Shown here in pieces: positions 27,529 to 37,205 of a DNA stretch of 64,000 nt. Positions within the stretch are counted from its first letter, which is position 1, and the number at the start of each line of letters is the position of its first letter. The notes beneath the pieces are model-generated. The model ran no database searches and was not told where the DNA came from. It saw only the letters and a list, made by a program, of their open reading frames with translations. The translations under genes and the position numbers were made by a program. Origin of the DNA: Rhizomicrobium sp. (lineage in GTDB: Bacteria > Pseudomonadota > Alphaproteobacteria > Micropepsales > Micropepsaceae); the NCBI GenBank assembly GCA_035549575.1, contig DASZQP010000073.1:26644-90643 (forward strand), given 5' to 3'.

Positions 27529-29088
27529 CTAGTTCACCGTGACGGCCTTGGCCTTGGAGGCAATGCCGTTCACGACGACCTGAGCGGTGCTGGCGCCCGT
27601 CTCGCACGAATTCGGAACATCGAACTTCGTGGTGTTGGCGGAGCCGTCCGAGATACCCATCGAGTTGTGGTCGTGGGTCTTGGCATAGCAGACGTGACCG
27701 GTGGAGTTGTTGGTGATCCGGATCAGCGGATAGTTGGTCGAGGTCTGCACGTCGTCGCCGTAGTAGCCGCCGAAGGTGAGGCCGTTGAAGCCGAAGCCCT
27801 TGGCGACATTGTTGGTGCTGCCGCGGGTCAGCGTGGCCGGGATCTTCTTCAGCTTCGGGATCGCCGCCTTCACCGGCTTGCCCTTGGGCGTGTAGATCTG
27901 GACGTCACCGACGTCGGAGCTCCACAGCACTTCGCCGGTCGGCAGCACGAGCATGCGCGCTTCCCAGGACGCCTGGATGGAGGCGCTGGCCGGTTCGCTC
28001 ACCTGCTTGATGTTGACCGTGTTCGGATCCTGCACCTCGATCTCGATGAAGTGCGACGGCGGATTGAACACGCCGGGGCTCACCTGGGCCAGAATGTGGC
28101 CGTTGGGCAGCACCGCCGCGGGACCGTCGGCCGAGTCGAGCTGGCCGTTGATGTTCGGCAGGTCGGGACCCGCCGTCCAGCTGTCGGACACGTAGTTGTA
28201 GACCGCCGTGTGCGTCGTGCCGCAGAGCTGGAACATCAGCCCGTTCGGCAGCAGCGGCGCCGGTCCGATTTCATGCGAGCCCTGATCCGTGCAGGAGGCG
28301 GGCGTCTTGTTGGCGGAGGTCGTCCACTGTCCGGAGGCTTCCGAATAGATTTCGACCTGGTTCGGAACGCCGAGGCTGCGGTTGGCGTCGACGGTCACGA
28401 TGGTCTGGTTGGGCAGCTGCGTCCAGCCTTCCTCGTCGTTCACGTCGCCCTTGCCGAAGATGCCTTCGGTCCAGGTCACGCTGGTGCCGCTGATCGCCGC
28501 ATGGGCCGTGTGCGTGGTGCAGCAGTCGGCCAGATAGTAGGTCCCGTCGCTGAGCACGACGCTCTGCGCGTCGCCGATCTGCGACCAGCCGGACGGCGGG
28601 TTGACGTTGGTCCAGGTGTTGGTCGCCGGGTCGTAGATGGCACCCTTGTTCGTCCAGACGGCGTTGCAGTTCAGATACTCGCCGCCGTTCACGATGAGCT
28701 TGCCGTCGGGCAGAACCTGCGAGGCGAAATACAGCGGCGAATAGCCGGACGGCATCGCGCCGACCGTCGACCAGGTGCCGTTCTTGTAGCTGCCCGCGTT
28801 GTCCGGCGTCAGGCGGAACCAGTTCACGGTGCAGCCGTCGTGCATGAGGACGGTGCCGTCCAGCATCAGCAGCGCGGTGTCCGGGAAGCCGCTGCCCGGG
28901 AAGGCATGGGTGAGGCCGCTCCACGTGCCCGACTTGATCTTCGGCGGGGCGACATAGGGCGCCTTCGTGACCTGGCCGTTCCAATGGCGGGTGGGAAGCG
29001 GATCGATGAATTTCTGGTTCGCGAGCGCGGTGGTGCTGAGCAGTGCCGCGGTCGTCGACGCCAGGAGAACGATTCGACTGAGACGCAT
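27529..29088 (-). CDS. secreted kelch/galactose-oxidase-like beta-propeller protein with C-terminal Ig-like (E-set) domain
   Basis: Signal peptide MRLSRIVLLASTTAALLSTTALA. Repeated blades of the type DGKLIVNGGE / GAIYDPATNTWT / LSDGTYYL. C-terminal beta-sandwich-like ...ASTAQVVVNGIASKAKAVTVN. Confidence 0.68.
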   Translation of the reverse strand: MRLSRIVLLASTTAALLSTTALANQKFIDPLPTRHWNGQVTKAPYVAPPKIKSGTWSGLTHAFPGSGFPDTALLMLDGTVLMHDGCTVNWFRLTPDNAGSYKNGTWSTVGAMPSGYSPLYFASQVLPDGKLIVNGGEYLNCNAVWTNKGAIYDPATNTWTNVNPPSGWSQIGDAQSVVLSDGTYYLADCCTTHTAHAAISGTSVTWTEGIFGKGDVNDEEGWTQLPNQTIVTVDANRSLGVPNQVEIYSEASGQWTTSANKTPASCTDQGSHEIGPAPLLPNGLMFQLCGTTHTAVYNYVSDSWTAGPDLPNINGQLDSADGPAAVLPNGHILAQVSPGVFNPPSHFIEIEVQDPNTVNIKQVSEPASASIQASWEARMLVLPTGEVLWSSDVGDVQIYTPKGKPVKAAIPKLKKIPATLTRGSTNNVAKGFGFNGLTFGGYYGDDVQTSTNYPLIRITNNSTGHVCYAKTHDHNSMGISDGSANTTKFDVPNSCETGASTAQVVVNGIASKAKAVTVN

Positions 29089-29588
29089 AGAGGGACTCCC
29101 CTTTTTTGATTGTTGGTCGACATGGGACGCGCGGACTTGAGTTCCCGCCTCGCCCTTTTTTCCGGAAATGTTGCGCGGACGTTAGATAGGAGTTCGGGCT
29201 TAAGCAAGCATTCGCTTTCGCGAAGGGCGGTCGATCGTCTTTTCTTCGCGATCGTATCGCAGGCGCGAAGCAATCGATCTCGCCGGCGCGCGCGCCGACG
29301 CACTATCGAGATACAAATTTCATCGAACTGTCAGCGAGGCGGGGCACCCGTGCGGATCGCGACAGATTGCTTTGCGCGATTTGGCGAACGTGAAACGGAA
29401 GCAACGTAAATTCAATAGTGAGTATCAAGTGCAAGAAGGCCATTGAGGGCGATAGTCGTTCGCAATTGCAAAAACTGCACGCCGGAAACGCCCAAAAGCG
29501 GGAGTCGAAGACTGGAATAATTCTTATTAGCAAAAATTATTTGTGCTTCGGGAACGCTCGCGGCGCCCGATGGGACGCCCGCACCGGC

Positions 29589-30242
29589 TCATTTGTCGAT
29601 TCGCCGCTGCACCTTGAGCGCCTCGGCCAGTCCGGCGGTGGGCACGGGAATGGCCACCGTCTTCCCGCCGCCGGATGGCGAAAATTCGATCGTCATCTTC
29701 CTCGCGCCTTCGATCGCGGGAAGATCGGCAAACCGTACGGAATAGATGGCAAGACAGAATTGTGCCGAGCAGGCCCGCACGGGAACGGGAATCCGGGTCC
29801 CGTCCACGCGAAGCGTGACCGTATCTCCCGTCGAGGCATCCTGCGTGGGCAGCCTCAGGAAGATCCCCAGCACGCGCTTGAATCCGAACAGGCGGAAGGT
29901 CATCCGCAGGTTCTCGGACGGATTTTGCGGACTGTGCATTCCGATCCCGACCCTGCAGCGCGGAATCCTCCAGCCCGGGGGCGGTCCGGACCTCGGCCGC
30001 GCATCCTCGTGGCCTTTCAGGGCGGGTGGAGTGGGCAGCGCCTCGCCCTTGCCGCATCCCAGCCGCCACGCGCCAATCTTCACATGGCCGACGAAATCGT
30101 CTCCGATCGCGGCGGCGATCCGGGCCGGCGTGGGAGGAGGGGGCTGTCTTTGCGGTTCCTGCCGGGGGCCGGGGCGCGAGACGGCGAACAGCGCGCCGAG
30201 GAAAACCACACCCAGAACCAGGCCGATGATCGTGTTTCGCAT
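29589..30242 (-). CDS. exported IalB-like (invasion-associated locus B family) protein
   Basis: N-terminal TM/signal MRNTIIGLVLGVVFLGALFAV. Paired Cys pattern (WRLGCGKG...CRV..., ACSAQFCLAI) recalls the IalB family. Lies 48 nt downstream of the last sulfotransferase gene on the same strand. Confidence 0.5.
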   Translation of the reverse strand: MRNTIIGLVLGVVFLGALFAVSRPGPRQEPQRQPPPPTPARIAAAIGDDFVGHVKIGAWRLGCGKGEALPTPPALKGHEDARPRSGPPPGWRIPRCRVGIGMHSPQNPSENLRMTFRLFGFKRVLGIFLRLPTQDASTGDTVTLRVDGTRIPVPVRACSAQFCLAIYSVRFADLPAIEGARKMTIEFSPSGGGKTVAIPVPTAGLAEALKVQRRIDK

Positions 30243-30290
30243 GTCTCTCCATCCGGCGCGGGTCTCGACTAGCCTCTGGGCGGCCCGTAC

Positions 30291-32342
30291 TCAAGTCCCG
30301 CATGCCGGCGGCGGGAACTCCGGCACGCCGGGATAGGCGTCCAGAACCGGCCCGAGCGCGGCCTTCAGCGGATCGAGCCAGGCCTCGAAATGCCGCCAGT
30401 GGTCCACGCCGCTCCGGTAGAGCGGCATGCGCACCTGCTCCGAACTGGCGGTGCGCACCGGCCGTTCGGTTTCGTGAAAGCGCAGGCATTGCTCGTCGAA
30501 CGGCAGGCGGAGGTAGTCCAGAAGGCGGCGGATCTCTCCCTCCGGATCGGCTACGAGGCGCTCGTAGAACACGCGATGCACCTTGCCCGGAAGGATGGCG
30601 TCGTAATGCGCCATGAGCTCGACATAGTCGCTGTAGTAGCGGCCGACATCGCCCAGCGCGTAGGAGAAGTGCTGGCCGCGCGCGAAGTGCTGCTTGTAGT
30701 TGGAGAAGCACGACGCCATCGGATGCCGCCGCGCGTCGACGATGCGGGCGCGCGGCAATATCAGGTGGATGAGCGGGATGTGCGCATAGTTGTTCGGCAT
30801 CTTGTCGATGAAGAACGCGCGGCCCAGCCTCCGGTGCGGACGCGTGCTCTCGATGTACGCCCTGCCGCGGCGCTCGAACTCCTCCGCCGGCAGCTCGCCC
30901 AGGACGTAGGGATATTCCGGACCCTCCGCCGCGTTGTCGTCGTTGAGATGGCGCGCGAGGGAGGTGATGTCGGGCAGCTCCATCGTGCCTTCGATCGCCG
31001 GGTGACTCGCCAGGATCTGCTCGATCAGCGTGGAGCCGGCGCGCGGCAGTCCGACGACGAAAATCGGATCGGGCGCGTCATGGCCGAAGCCCTCGCGCTC
31101 CGCGAAGAATTCCGGGGTGAAGAATTCCTTGCACGCCTTCACGTAGGCGCTCGTGCGGGCGGCGTCGTAGTCCACCGTCGACCGCCAGAGCGCGTTGCCA
31201 CGGCGGTAGTTCTCGAACGCCTGCTCGTAGCGGCCGAGGTCTTCCTGCGCCTTCGCGAGGGAGAAGAAGAACTGAACGCGCGCCTCGACGCGCAAGTCGC
31301 CGCGCTCCAGCTGCGCCTGCATCGCGGCGATATCGGCTTCGGTGAAGCGGAAGGTCTTGAGGTTTGCGAGGCTCCAATAGGCTCCGCCCAGCTGCGGCAG
31401 GAGCGCGATCGCCTTGCGATAGGCGGCAATTCCCTCGTCCTGCATTCCCGCCGACTTGAGCGCGTGGCCGTAGCTGATCCACGACGCGGGATGCCGGGGA
31501 AACTCGCCCACCAGCTCGGCGAACAGCGCCAGCGACCGGCGGTCGTCGCCCATCTGTCCGAGCAGCGACGCCTTCATCGTGCGGAATTGCGGGTTGGCGG
31601 GATCGCGTTCGAGCAGGATGTCGATATGCGGCATTGCCTCGTGCAGCCTGTTCTGCAGGTAGAGGGTCGAGACATAGCGATAGCGCGCGGCGGCGAAGTC
31701 CGGCGCGAGTTCGAGACAGCGCTCGAGCAGCGCGGACGCATCCTCGTTGCGGTCGCAGGCGATCGCGGCTTCCGCCAGCATCTTGATCGCGTTCACGTGG
31801 TCGGGGCAGGTCTCGAGGAATTCGAGCAGAATATCTTCGGCGACGTCCGGCCGCCCGTTCCGGAGCGCCGCCACGGCCTTGAGCAGCATGGGCTCGTGCA
31901 CCGCGACGTTGAAATGATGCGAATAGGCCGCGTCGGCGGCGAGAATGTCTCCGGCGAGCACATATTGCTCGCCGAGCGCCGACCAGGCACGCGAGAAGTT
32001 CCGGTCGATTGCGACCGCTTCCGTCAGCGCGCCGATCGCGGCCTCGCCCTGGCCGAGCGCGGCATAGGTCTCGCCAAGCTCGCAGCGGACCTCCGCCCAT
32101 TCCGGGAACGCGCGCGCGAGCGGCTCCAGAACACCCTTTGCCGCGCCGGCTTCGCCTTTCGCGAGCAGGGCCGCGCCGAGCTGCAGCAAGCTGTCGGGAT
32201 CGCGGGGCGAGCGGGCGAGGCGGTCCCGCGCCAGCGCTTCTTCCCGCGCCGGATCGGAATTGACGCGCCGCTTCATCGCCTCGTAGCGGGCGCGGGGCGG
32301 CTGCGGATCGCGGTCCTGCACGGTTTCGCGGCGTTCGGACAT
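30291..32342 (-). CDS. TPR-repeat + sulfotransferase (TPST-like, Sulfotransfer_3-type) protein, paralogue 1
   Basis: N-terminal TPR array. C-terminal FVVGLPRAGSTLIEQILASHPAIEGTMEL (5'-PSB loop) and RIVDARRHPMASCFS (3'-PB region). No signal peptide. 683 aa. Confidence 0.88.
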   Translation of the reverse strand: MSERRETVQDRDPQPPRARYEAMKRRVNSDPAREEALARDRLARSPRDPDSLLQLGAALLAKGEAGAAKGVLEPLARAFPEWAEVRCELGETYAALGQGEAAIGALTEAVAIDRNFSRAWSALGEQYVLAGDILAADAAYSHHFNVAVHEPMLLKAVAALRNGRPDVAEDILLEFLETCPDHVNAIKMLAEAAIACDRNEDASALLERCLELAPDFAAARYRYVSTLYLQNRLHEAMPHIDILLERDPANPQFRTMKASLLGQMGDDRRSLALFAELVGEFPRHPASWISYGHALKSAGMQDEGIAAYRKAIALLPQLGGAYWSLANLKTFRFTEADIAAMQAQLERGDLRVEARVQFFFSLAKAQEDLGRYEQAFENYRRGNALWRSTVDYDAARTSAYVKACKEFFTPEFFAEREGFGHDAPDPIFVVGLPRAGSTLIEQILASHPAIEGTMELPDITSLARHLNDDNAAEGPEYPYVLGELPAEEFERRGRAYIESTRPHRRLGRAFFIDKMPNNYAHIPLIHLILPRARIVDARRHPMASCFSNYKQHFARGQHFSYALGDVGRYYSDYVELMAHYDAILPGKVHRVFYERLVADPEGEIRRLLDYLRLPFDEQCLRFHETERPVRTASSEQVRMPLYRSGVDHWRHFEAWLDPLKAALGPVLDAYPGVPEFPPPACGT

Positions 32343-32343
32343 C

Positions 32344-34419
32344 TCAGCCGTTCCAGCCGAACTGCACGCCGCCGTCGTTCCACTGCGCGGCGATCGCGGC
32401 CCTGACGCCGCCGTAGGATTTCGGAACGGCGGGATAGGCGTCGGCGAGACCTCCGAGCGCGTGTTTCAGGGGCGCGAGCCATGGCTCGAAATGGCGCCAG
32501 TGATGGAGCGCTCCGCTGTGGATCGGCCTTCGCACCTGCTCCGCGCTGGCGCTTCGCACGACACGGCCGTTCTCGTGGAACCGCAGGCAGCGTTCCTCCA
32601 TCGGCAGATCCAGGTGGGCGAGCATCGCGCGTATCTCGCGCTCCGGGTTCTCGACCAGCCGCTCGTAGAAGACCCGGTGGACCCGTCCGGGAAGAACCGC
32701 GTCGAAATGCGCCATGAGCGCGGCATAGTCGCGATAGTAGCGGCCGATGTCGCCGAGCCCGTAGCTGAAAGCCTGTCCCGTGCCGAAATGCTGAGCGAAA
32801 TTCGACCAGCCGCAGGCCATCGGATGGCGGCGCACGTCGATGATCCTGGCGTGGGGCAGGATGAGATGGATGAGGCCGATGTGGGCGAAATTGTCGGGCC
32901 GCTTGTCGACGAAGAACGGGCGAGCCGTCCGCCTGTGCACGCGCGCGCGGTTCAGATATTCCGCTCCCAGCGCCTCCCGCGTTGCGCGGTCGAGCCGCGC
33001 CAGCGCCTCCGGCATGTGCGCGGCCTTGTCGTCCGGCGTCCGCTTGCCGCCGAGCCGGCCTGCGAGATAGGGGATCGCGCGCAGCTCCGTTGTGCCCTCG
33101 ATCGCGCTGTGGCTCGCGAGGATCTGTTCCACCAGCGTGGAGCCCGATCGCGGAAGGCCCACGACGAACACCGGGCCGGCCTCGCCGCATCCCTCGCCCG
33201 CGCGCGCCGCGAAGAAGCCGGGCGTGAAGAGCGCCTCGGACCTGCGCAGATTCTCCGACGTCTCTTCCGCGTCGTAGGGCAGGAGCCCGCGCACGATCGC
33301 ATTGCCGCGCGCATAGTTGTCGAAGGCGTCTTCGAAGCGGCCTTCGTCCTCGAGCGCCTTGCCGAGAGCGAAGTGGAGCTGTGCGCGGTTGTCGCCCCCG
33401 ATGTCGGCACGCGCCAGCTGGACGCGCATCGCTTCGCGCTCCTCCGCGGCGAAGCGGTAGGTCTTGAGGTTGGCGAGGCCCCAATAGGCTTCGCCGAGGC
33501 CCGGAAGCAGCGCGGCTGCCTTGCAATAGGCCGCGACCGCCTCGTCGCGCCGGCCCATGGCCTTGAGCGCATGACCGTAGGAAACCCATGCGCCCGGCCG
33601 GTTGGGATTTGCCGCAAGCAGGATTTCGTATTCGGCGGCGGCTTCTGCGAAGGCGCTCATGCGGATCAGGGCTGCGGCCTTGAGACCGCGGCTGTAGGGC
33701 TCGTCCGGCTCGCGCGCGAGAAGGGCGTCGATCTGCGCGATGGCCTCCTCGGGCCGGTTCAGCGACATCAGCACCGTCGCGTGGCGAAAGCGCGCGGCGG
33801 CGAAGTCCGGGGCAAGCTCGGCGCAGCGCCGGAACAGCGCCTCCGCCCGGTCAGGCCGGCGCGCGCGGGCCTCGACCTCGCCGAGCAGCTTCAGCGCGTT
33901 CACGTCTGAAGGGTCGTTTCCGAGCCGGTCGAGCAGATGTCCCCGCGCCTCGTCGAGGCGGTTCGCGCGCAGCGCGGTCAGTGCCTCGCGCAGCGCCGCA
34001 TCCTCGACCGTGGCGTAGAATGCATTCGCATAGGCCGCGTCCGCGCCCTTTCGGGACTGCATCCTGGTCATCTGGTCGCCGAGCGCATTCCAGGCTGCGG
34101 CGAAACCGGGATCGAGATCGACCGCCGCGCGCAGCGCCCGCGCCGCCTGCCGGTTCTCCCCGCATTCGCCCAGGACCAGGCCGAGCTCGTAATGCGCCTG
34201 CGGAAGCTGGGGCTGGGCCCCGACGAGGCCTTCGAGCACGCTGCGCGCGGATGCCAGGGCGTTTTGCTTCCGCAGCGCCGCCGCCAGCAGCAGCAGCGCG
34301 CCGGCGTCGGCCGGAGACTCCCTGAGGATTTCGCGCGCATGCGCTTCCGCCGCCCTGGGATCGGTTGCAAGCAGGCGCCGCAGCTCGGCGGCCTCCGGGC
34401 CGTGCCGGTCCCTGATCAC
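32344..34419 (-). CDS. TPR-repeat + sulfotransferase protein, paralogue 2
   Basis: FVVGLPRSGSTLVEQILASHSAIEGTTEL and RIIDVRRHPMACGWS. GTG 34419 overlaps the stop of paralogue 3 (GTGA). Its stop lies 1 nt before the ATG of paralogue 1. Track extension 34420..34812 rejected. Confidence 0.85.
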   Translation of the reverse strand: MIRDRHGPEAAELRRLLATDPRAAEAHAREILRESPADAGALLLLAAALRKQNALASARSVLEGLVGAQPQLPQAHYELGLVLGECGENRQAARALRAAVDLDPGFAAAWNALGDQMTRMQSRKGADAAYANAFYATVEDAALREALTALRANRLDEARGHLLDRLGNDPSDVNALKLLGEVEARARRPDRAEALFRRCAELAPDFAAARFRHATVLMSLNRPEEAIAQIDALLAREPDEPYSRGLKAAALIRMSAFAEAAAEYEILLAANPNRPGAWVSYGHALKAMGRRDEAVAAYCKAAALLPGLGEAYWGLANLKTYRFAAEEREAMRVQLARADIGGDNRAQLHFALGKALEDEGRFEDAFDNYARGNAIVRGLLPYDAEETSENLRRSEALFTPGFFAARAGEGCGEAGPVFVVGLPRSGSTLVEQILASHSAIEGTTELRAIPYLAGRLGGKRTPDDKAAHMPEALARLDRATREALGAEYLNRARVHRRTARPFFVDKRPDNFAHIGLIHLILPHARIIDVRRHPMACGWSNFAQHFGTGQAFSYGLGDIGRYYRDYAALMAHFDAVLPGRVHRVFYERLVENPEREIRAMLAHLDLPMEERCLRFHENGRVVRSASAEQVRRPIHSGALHHWRHFEPWLAPLKHALGGLADAYPAVPKSYGGVRAAIAAQWNDGGVQFGWNG

Positions 34420-36068
34420 GGCGGCACGGGATAGCCGGAAAGCGCGGGGCCGAGCGCGGCGCGCAGCGGCTCGAGCCATTCCTCGTAGGCGCGCCAGCTT
34501 TCGAGAGCGTCGCGGAAGATCGGCATGCGCACCTGCTCCGAACTCGCGGTTCGCACGGGACGGGCATTCTCGTGAAAGCGCAGCGCGGCCTCCTCGAACC
34601 CGAGGCCGAGGTAGTCGAACAGCCTGCGGATTTCCGTTTCGGGGTCGGCGACGAGCCGCTCGTAGAAGACGCGATGCACCTTGCCCGGCAGAACCTCGTC
34701 GAAATGCGACATCAGCTCGACATAGTCCGCATAATAGCGCCCCAGGTCCGCGAGGCTGTAGGAAAAATCCTTTCCGAGCGGGAAGTAGTGGCGGAAATTG
34801 GACAGGCAGCACGCCATCGGGTGGCGCCGCACGTCCACGATCTTCGCATTCGGCAGCATCAGGTGGATCAGTCCGATATGCGCGAAATTGTCGGGCATCT
34901 TGTCGATGAAGTGCCTGCGGCCCAGAACGCGGAACACGCGCGCGCGCTCGAGATATTCCTCGGCGAGCGCGGCGAAATCCGCGCTGCCGAGATTGCGCAG
35001 GATTTCCGGATAGGGCGCCTGGGTGTCGGTGCGCAGCGCCCGATTGGTCTGGCCGGGAATGAAGCGCATGGAACCGCCGGCGCCCATCCGGCCCACGAGA
35101 TAGGGCAGGATGCGCAGCTCCATCGTGCCTTCGATCTGCGAATGGCTGGCGAGGATCTGTTCGACCAGCGTGGAGCCGGAACGCGGCAGGCCCACGACGA
35201 AGACCGGATCCGATGCCTGCGAACCCGACCCGCGCGCGGCCGCCAGGAAGCCGGGCGTGAACAGGGTCCGGCAGTTCAGGACATAGGCCGATGTCAGCTC
35301 CGCATTGTAGCTCAGCGTCGCGCGCTTGAGCGCATTGGCCTCGCTGTAGTGCTCGAACGCCGCCGCGCGATCGCCTTCGTCGCCGAGCGCCTTTGCGAGC
35401 GCGAACCGGATCTGGATCCGGCTCTCGACCGGAAGCTCGCCGGCCGCGAGCAGCGCGCGCATCCGCGCGATCTCCTCGCCGGAGAAGCGGAAGGTCTGCA
35501 GGCTGGCGAGGCTCCAGTACGGGTCGCCCAGGCGCGGGAAGAGCTCCATCGCCTTCCGGTAGGCGGCGACACAGGCCTCGTGCCGGTCGAGGATGCGAAG
35601 CGTGTTGGCATAGGAAAGCCAGGGCCCGGGGTGACGCGGTCCGGATGCCAGCACGATCTCGTATTCCGCCGCGGCGCGGTCGTGCTGGCCGATCCAGACA
35701 TGCGCCATGGCCTTGAGATTGCGATGGGCGGGATTGCCGGGTTCGAGGCCGAGCAGGGCGTCGATCTCCGCGAAGGCCTCGCCGGGTCTGTTCTGCGTGA
35801 GCAGCGCCGTCACGAGGTTGTGGCGCGCGGGCGCGAAATCGGGCGCCAGGGCGACCACGCGGCCGAGCAGCTCCCGCGCGTCGTCCACGCGATCCTGGTG
35901 GAGCAGCGCCTCGGCGAGGAGCGTCATCGCCGCGGGGTGTCCCTCGTTCTCCTCGAGGAAGCGGCGCAGGACAGATTCCGCCGCCTGCGGACGGCGCTGT
36001 CCGAGGGCTTCGATCGCCTTCCTGAGCTGCGGATCGTCGAGACTCCGCCCGGGGTCCAGCGGCCGCAC
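34416..36068 (-). CDS. TPR-repeat + sulfotransferase protein, paralogue 3
   Basis: FVVGLPRSGSTLVEQILASHSQIEGTMEL and KIVDVRRHPMACCLS. Start taken at GTG 36068, 4 nt after the stop of the upstream secreted-protein gene. The track start at 36164 would overlap that gene by 92 nt. Confidence 0.83.
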   Translation of the reverse strand: MRPLDPGRSLDDPQLRKAIEALGQRRPQAAESVLRRFLEENEGHPAAMTLLAEALLHQDRVDDARELLGRVVALAPDFAPARHNLVTALLTQNRPGEAFAEIDALLGLEPGNPAHRNLKAMAHVWIGQHDRAAAEYEIVLASGPRHPGPWLSYANTLRILDRHEACVAAYRKAMELFPRLGDPYWSLASLQTFRFSGEEIARMRALLAAGELPVESRIQIRFALAKALGDEGDRAAAFEHYSEANALKRATLSYNAELTSAYVLNCRTLFTPGFLAAARGSGSQASDPVFVVGLPRSGSTLVEQILASHSQIEGTMELRILPYLVGRMGAGGSMRFIPGQTNRALRTDTQAPYPEILRNLGSADFAALAEEYLERARVFRVLGRRHFIDKMPDNFAHIGLIHLMLPNAKIVDVRRHPMACCLSNFRHYFPLGKDFSYSLADLGRYYADYVELMSHFDEVLPGKVHRVFYERLVADPETEIRRLFDYLGLGFEEAALRFHENARPVRTASSEQVRMPIFRDALESWRAYEEWLEPLRAALGPALSGYPVPP

Positions 36069-36072
36069 GCCG

Positions 36073-36630
36073 TTATTCGTAGACGACGTAGTCGTTCTGA
36101 TAGTGGCCAAGATAGGCGGGCGTGAAGGTGTAGAGATAGGTCTGGACGGCGTGGGTGCCCGCACCGATTTCCATATTGGTCTGGTTCGTCCGGTTGGCGA
36201 AATGGCCGATGGCGTCGATCGAGCCGGAGAAGTAGCAGGACCCGTTGGTGAAATAGCCGTCGACGATCGGGCATATCCCGACCTGGCTGTAGGAATAGTA
36301 CGAGAAGAGCTGCGCGACGTGGTTGGTCACGATCGTGCAGGTCTTGTCGCAGACAAATCCGTGCGGCGGATCGAGCCGGACGTAGCCGGGCGGAATCGCG
36401 GAGGTGGAGGCGGCCCAGGTCTCGATCAGGAATTTCTGCTTCAGCTTCCCGGAGCGCGCGGCGTGCGGCTGCTGGGCCTTCGAGAGGCGGAAGGGCGCCT
36501 TGGCGAAATTCGCGCTGCCGGCGGGCTTGGCCGCGGGCGGGGCGTGCTTCTTGCCGAGCGGCGCCGCGTGTCCGGCGACCGCGAATGCCAGGCTCACCGC
36601 CGTCGTCAGAAGGAGATGGGTCTTGCTCAC
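36073..36630 (-). CDS. secreted 4-Cys, Tyr-rich small protein, tandem paralogue B (unknown family)
   Basis: GTG 36630 is preceded by GAGGAG at 8 nt. Signal peptide VSKTHLLLTTAVSLAFAVAGHA. Conserved C-x3-C...GICP...GSC. C-terminus QTYLYTFTPAYLGHYQNDYVVYE. Confidence 0.75.
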   Translation of the reverse strand: MSKTHLLLTTAVSLAFAVAGHAAPLGKKHAPPAAKPAGSANFAKAPFRLSKAQQPHAARSGKLKQKFLIETWAASTSAIPPGYVRLDPPHGFVCDKTCTIVTNHVAQLFSYYSYSQVGICPIVDGYFTNGSCYFSGSIDAIGHFANRTNQTNMEIGAGTHAVQTYLYTFTPAYLGHYQNDYVVYE

Positions 36631-36653
36631 GCGAAATCTCCTCTCAGGGCCGC

Positions 36654-37205
36654 TCACTCATAAACGTGGTAGTCGTTCTGGTAGTGGCCGAGATAGGCGG
36701 GCGCGAAGGTGTAGAGGTAGGTCTGCACCGTATGCTGTCCGGGTCCGACCGAGAGATTGGTCTGGTTCGTCCGGTTGGCGAAGAGATCGTCGAAGGAAAG
36801 CGTGCCGGAGAAGTTGCACGAGCCGTTGGTCGCGTATCCGTCCACCACCGGGCAAATGCCGACCTGGTTGTACGAGTAGTAGGACAGCAGCTCGGCGGTG
36901 TTGTTCGTGACGATGGTGCAGGCCTTCTTGCACTTGAAGGATTGCGGCGTGTCGAGCGGCACCGTCCCGCCGGGAACCGCGACCGTCGTGGCCGCCCAGG
37001 TTTCGACGAGGAACTTCTCCTTCAGCGCCGTGGCGCTCGGCGTGCTGCTCCGGGGCGCCTTGAAGGGCGTCTTCGCAAAATCGGCATGGGACTGCGGCTT
37101 GGAGCCGGCCGGAGCGTGCCGTTTTCCCAGCGCGATCGCCGAAGGGCCGCTGACCGCAAAGGCCAGGCCGACAGCCGTGGAAAGAAGAAGACCCGCCTTG
37201 CCCAT
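36654..37205 (-). CDS. secreted 4-Cys, Tyr-rich small protein, tandem paralogue A (unknown family)
   Basis: ATG 37205 (or GTG 37214) gives the signal peptide MGKAGLLLSTAVGLAFAVSGPSAIA. About 70% identical by eye to paralogue B over the mature roughly 120-residue domain. C-terminus QTYLYTFAPAYLGHYQNDYHVYE. Confidence 0.75.
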   Translation of the reverse strand: MGKAGLLLSTAVGLAFAVSGPSAIALGKRHAPAGSKPQSHADFAKTPFKAPRSSTPSATALKEKFLVETWAATTVAVPGGTVPLDTPQSFKCKKACTIVTNNTAELLSYYSYNQVGICPVVDGYATNGSCNFSGTLSFDDLFANRTNQTNLSVGPGQHTVQTYLYTFAPAYLGHYQNDYHVYE

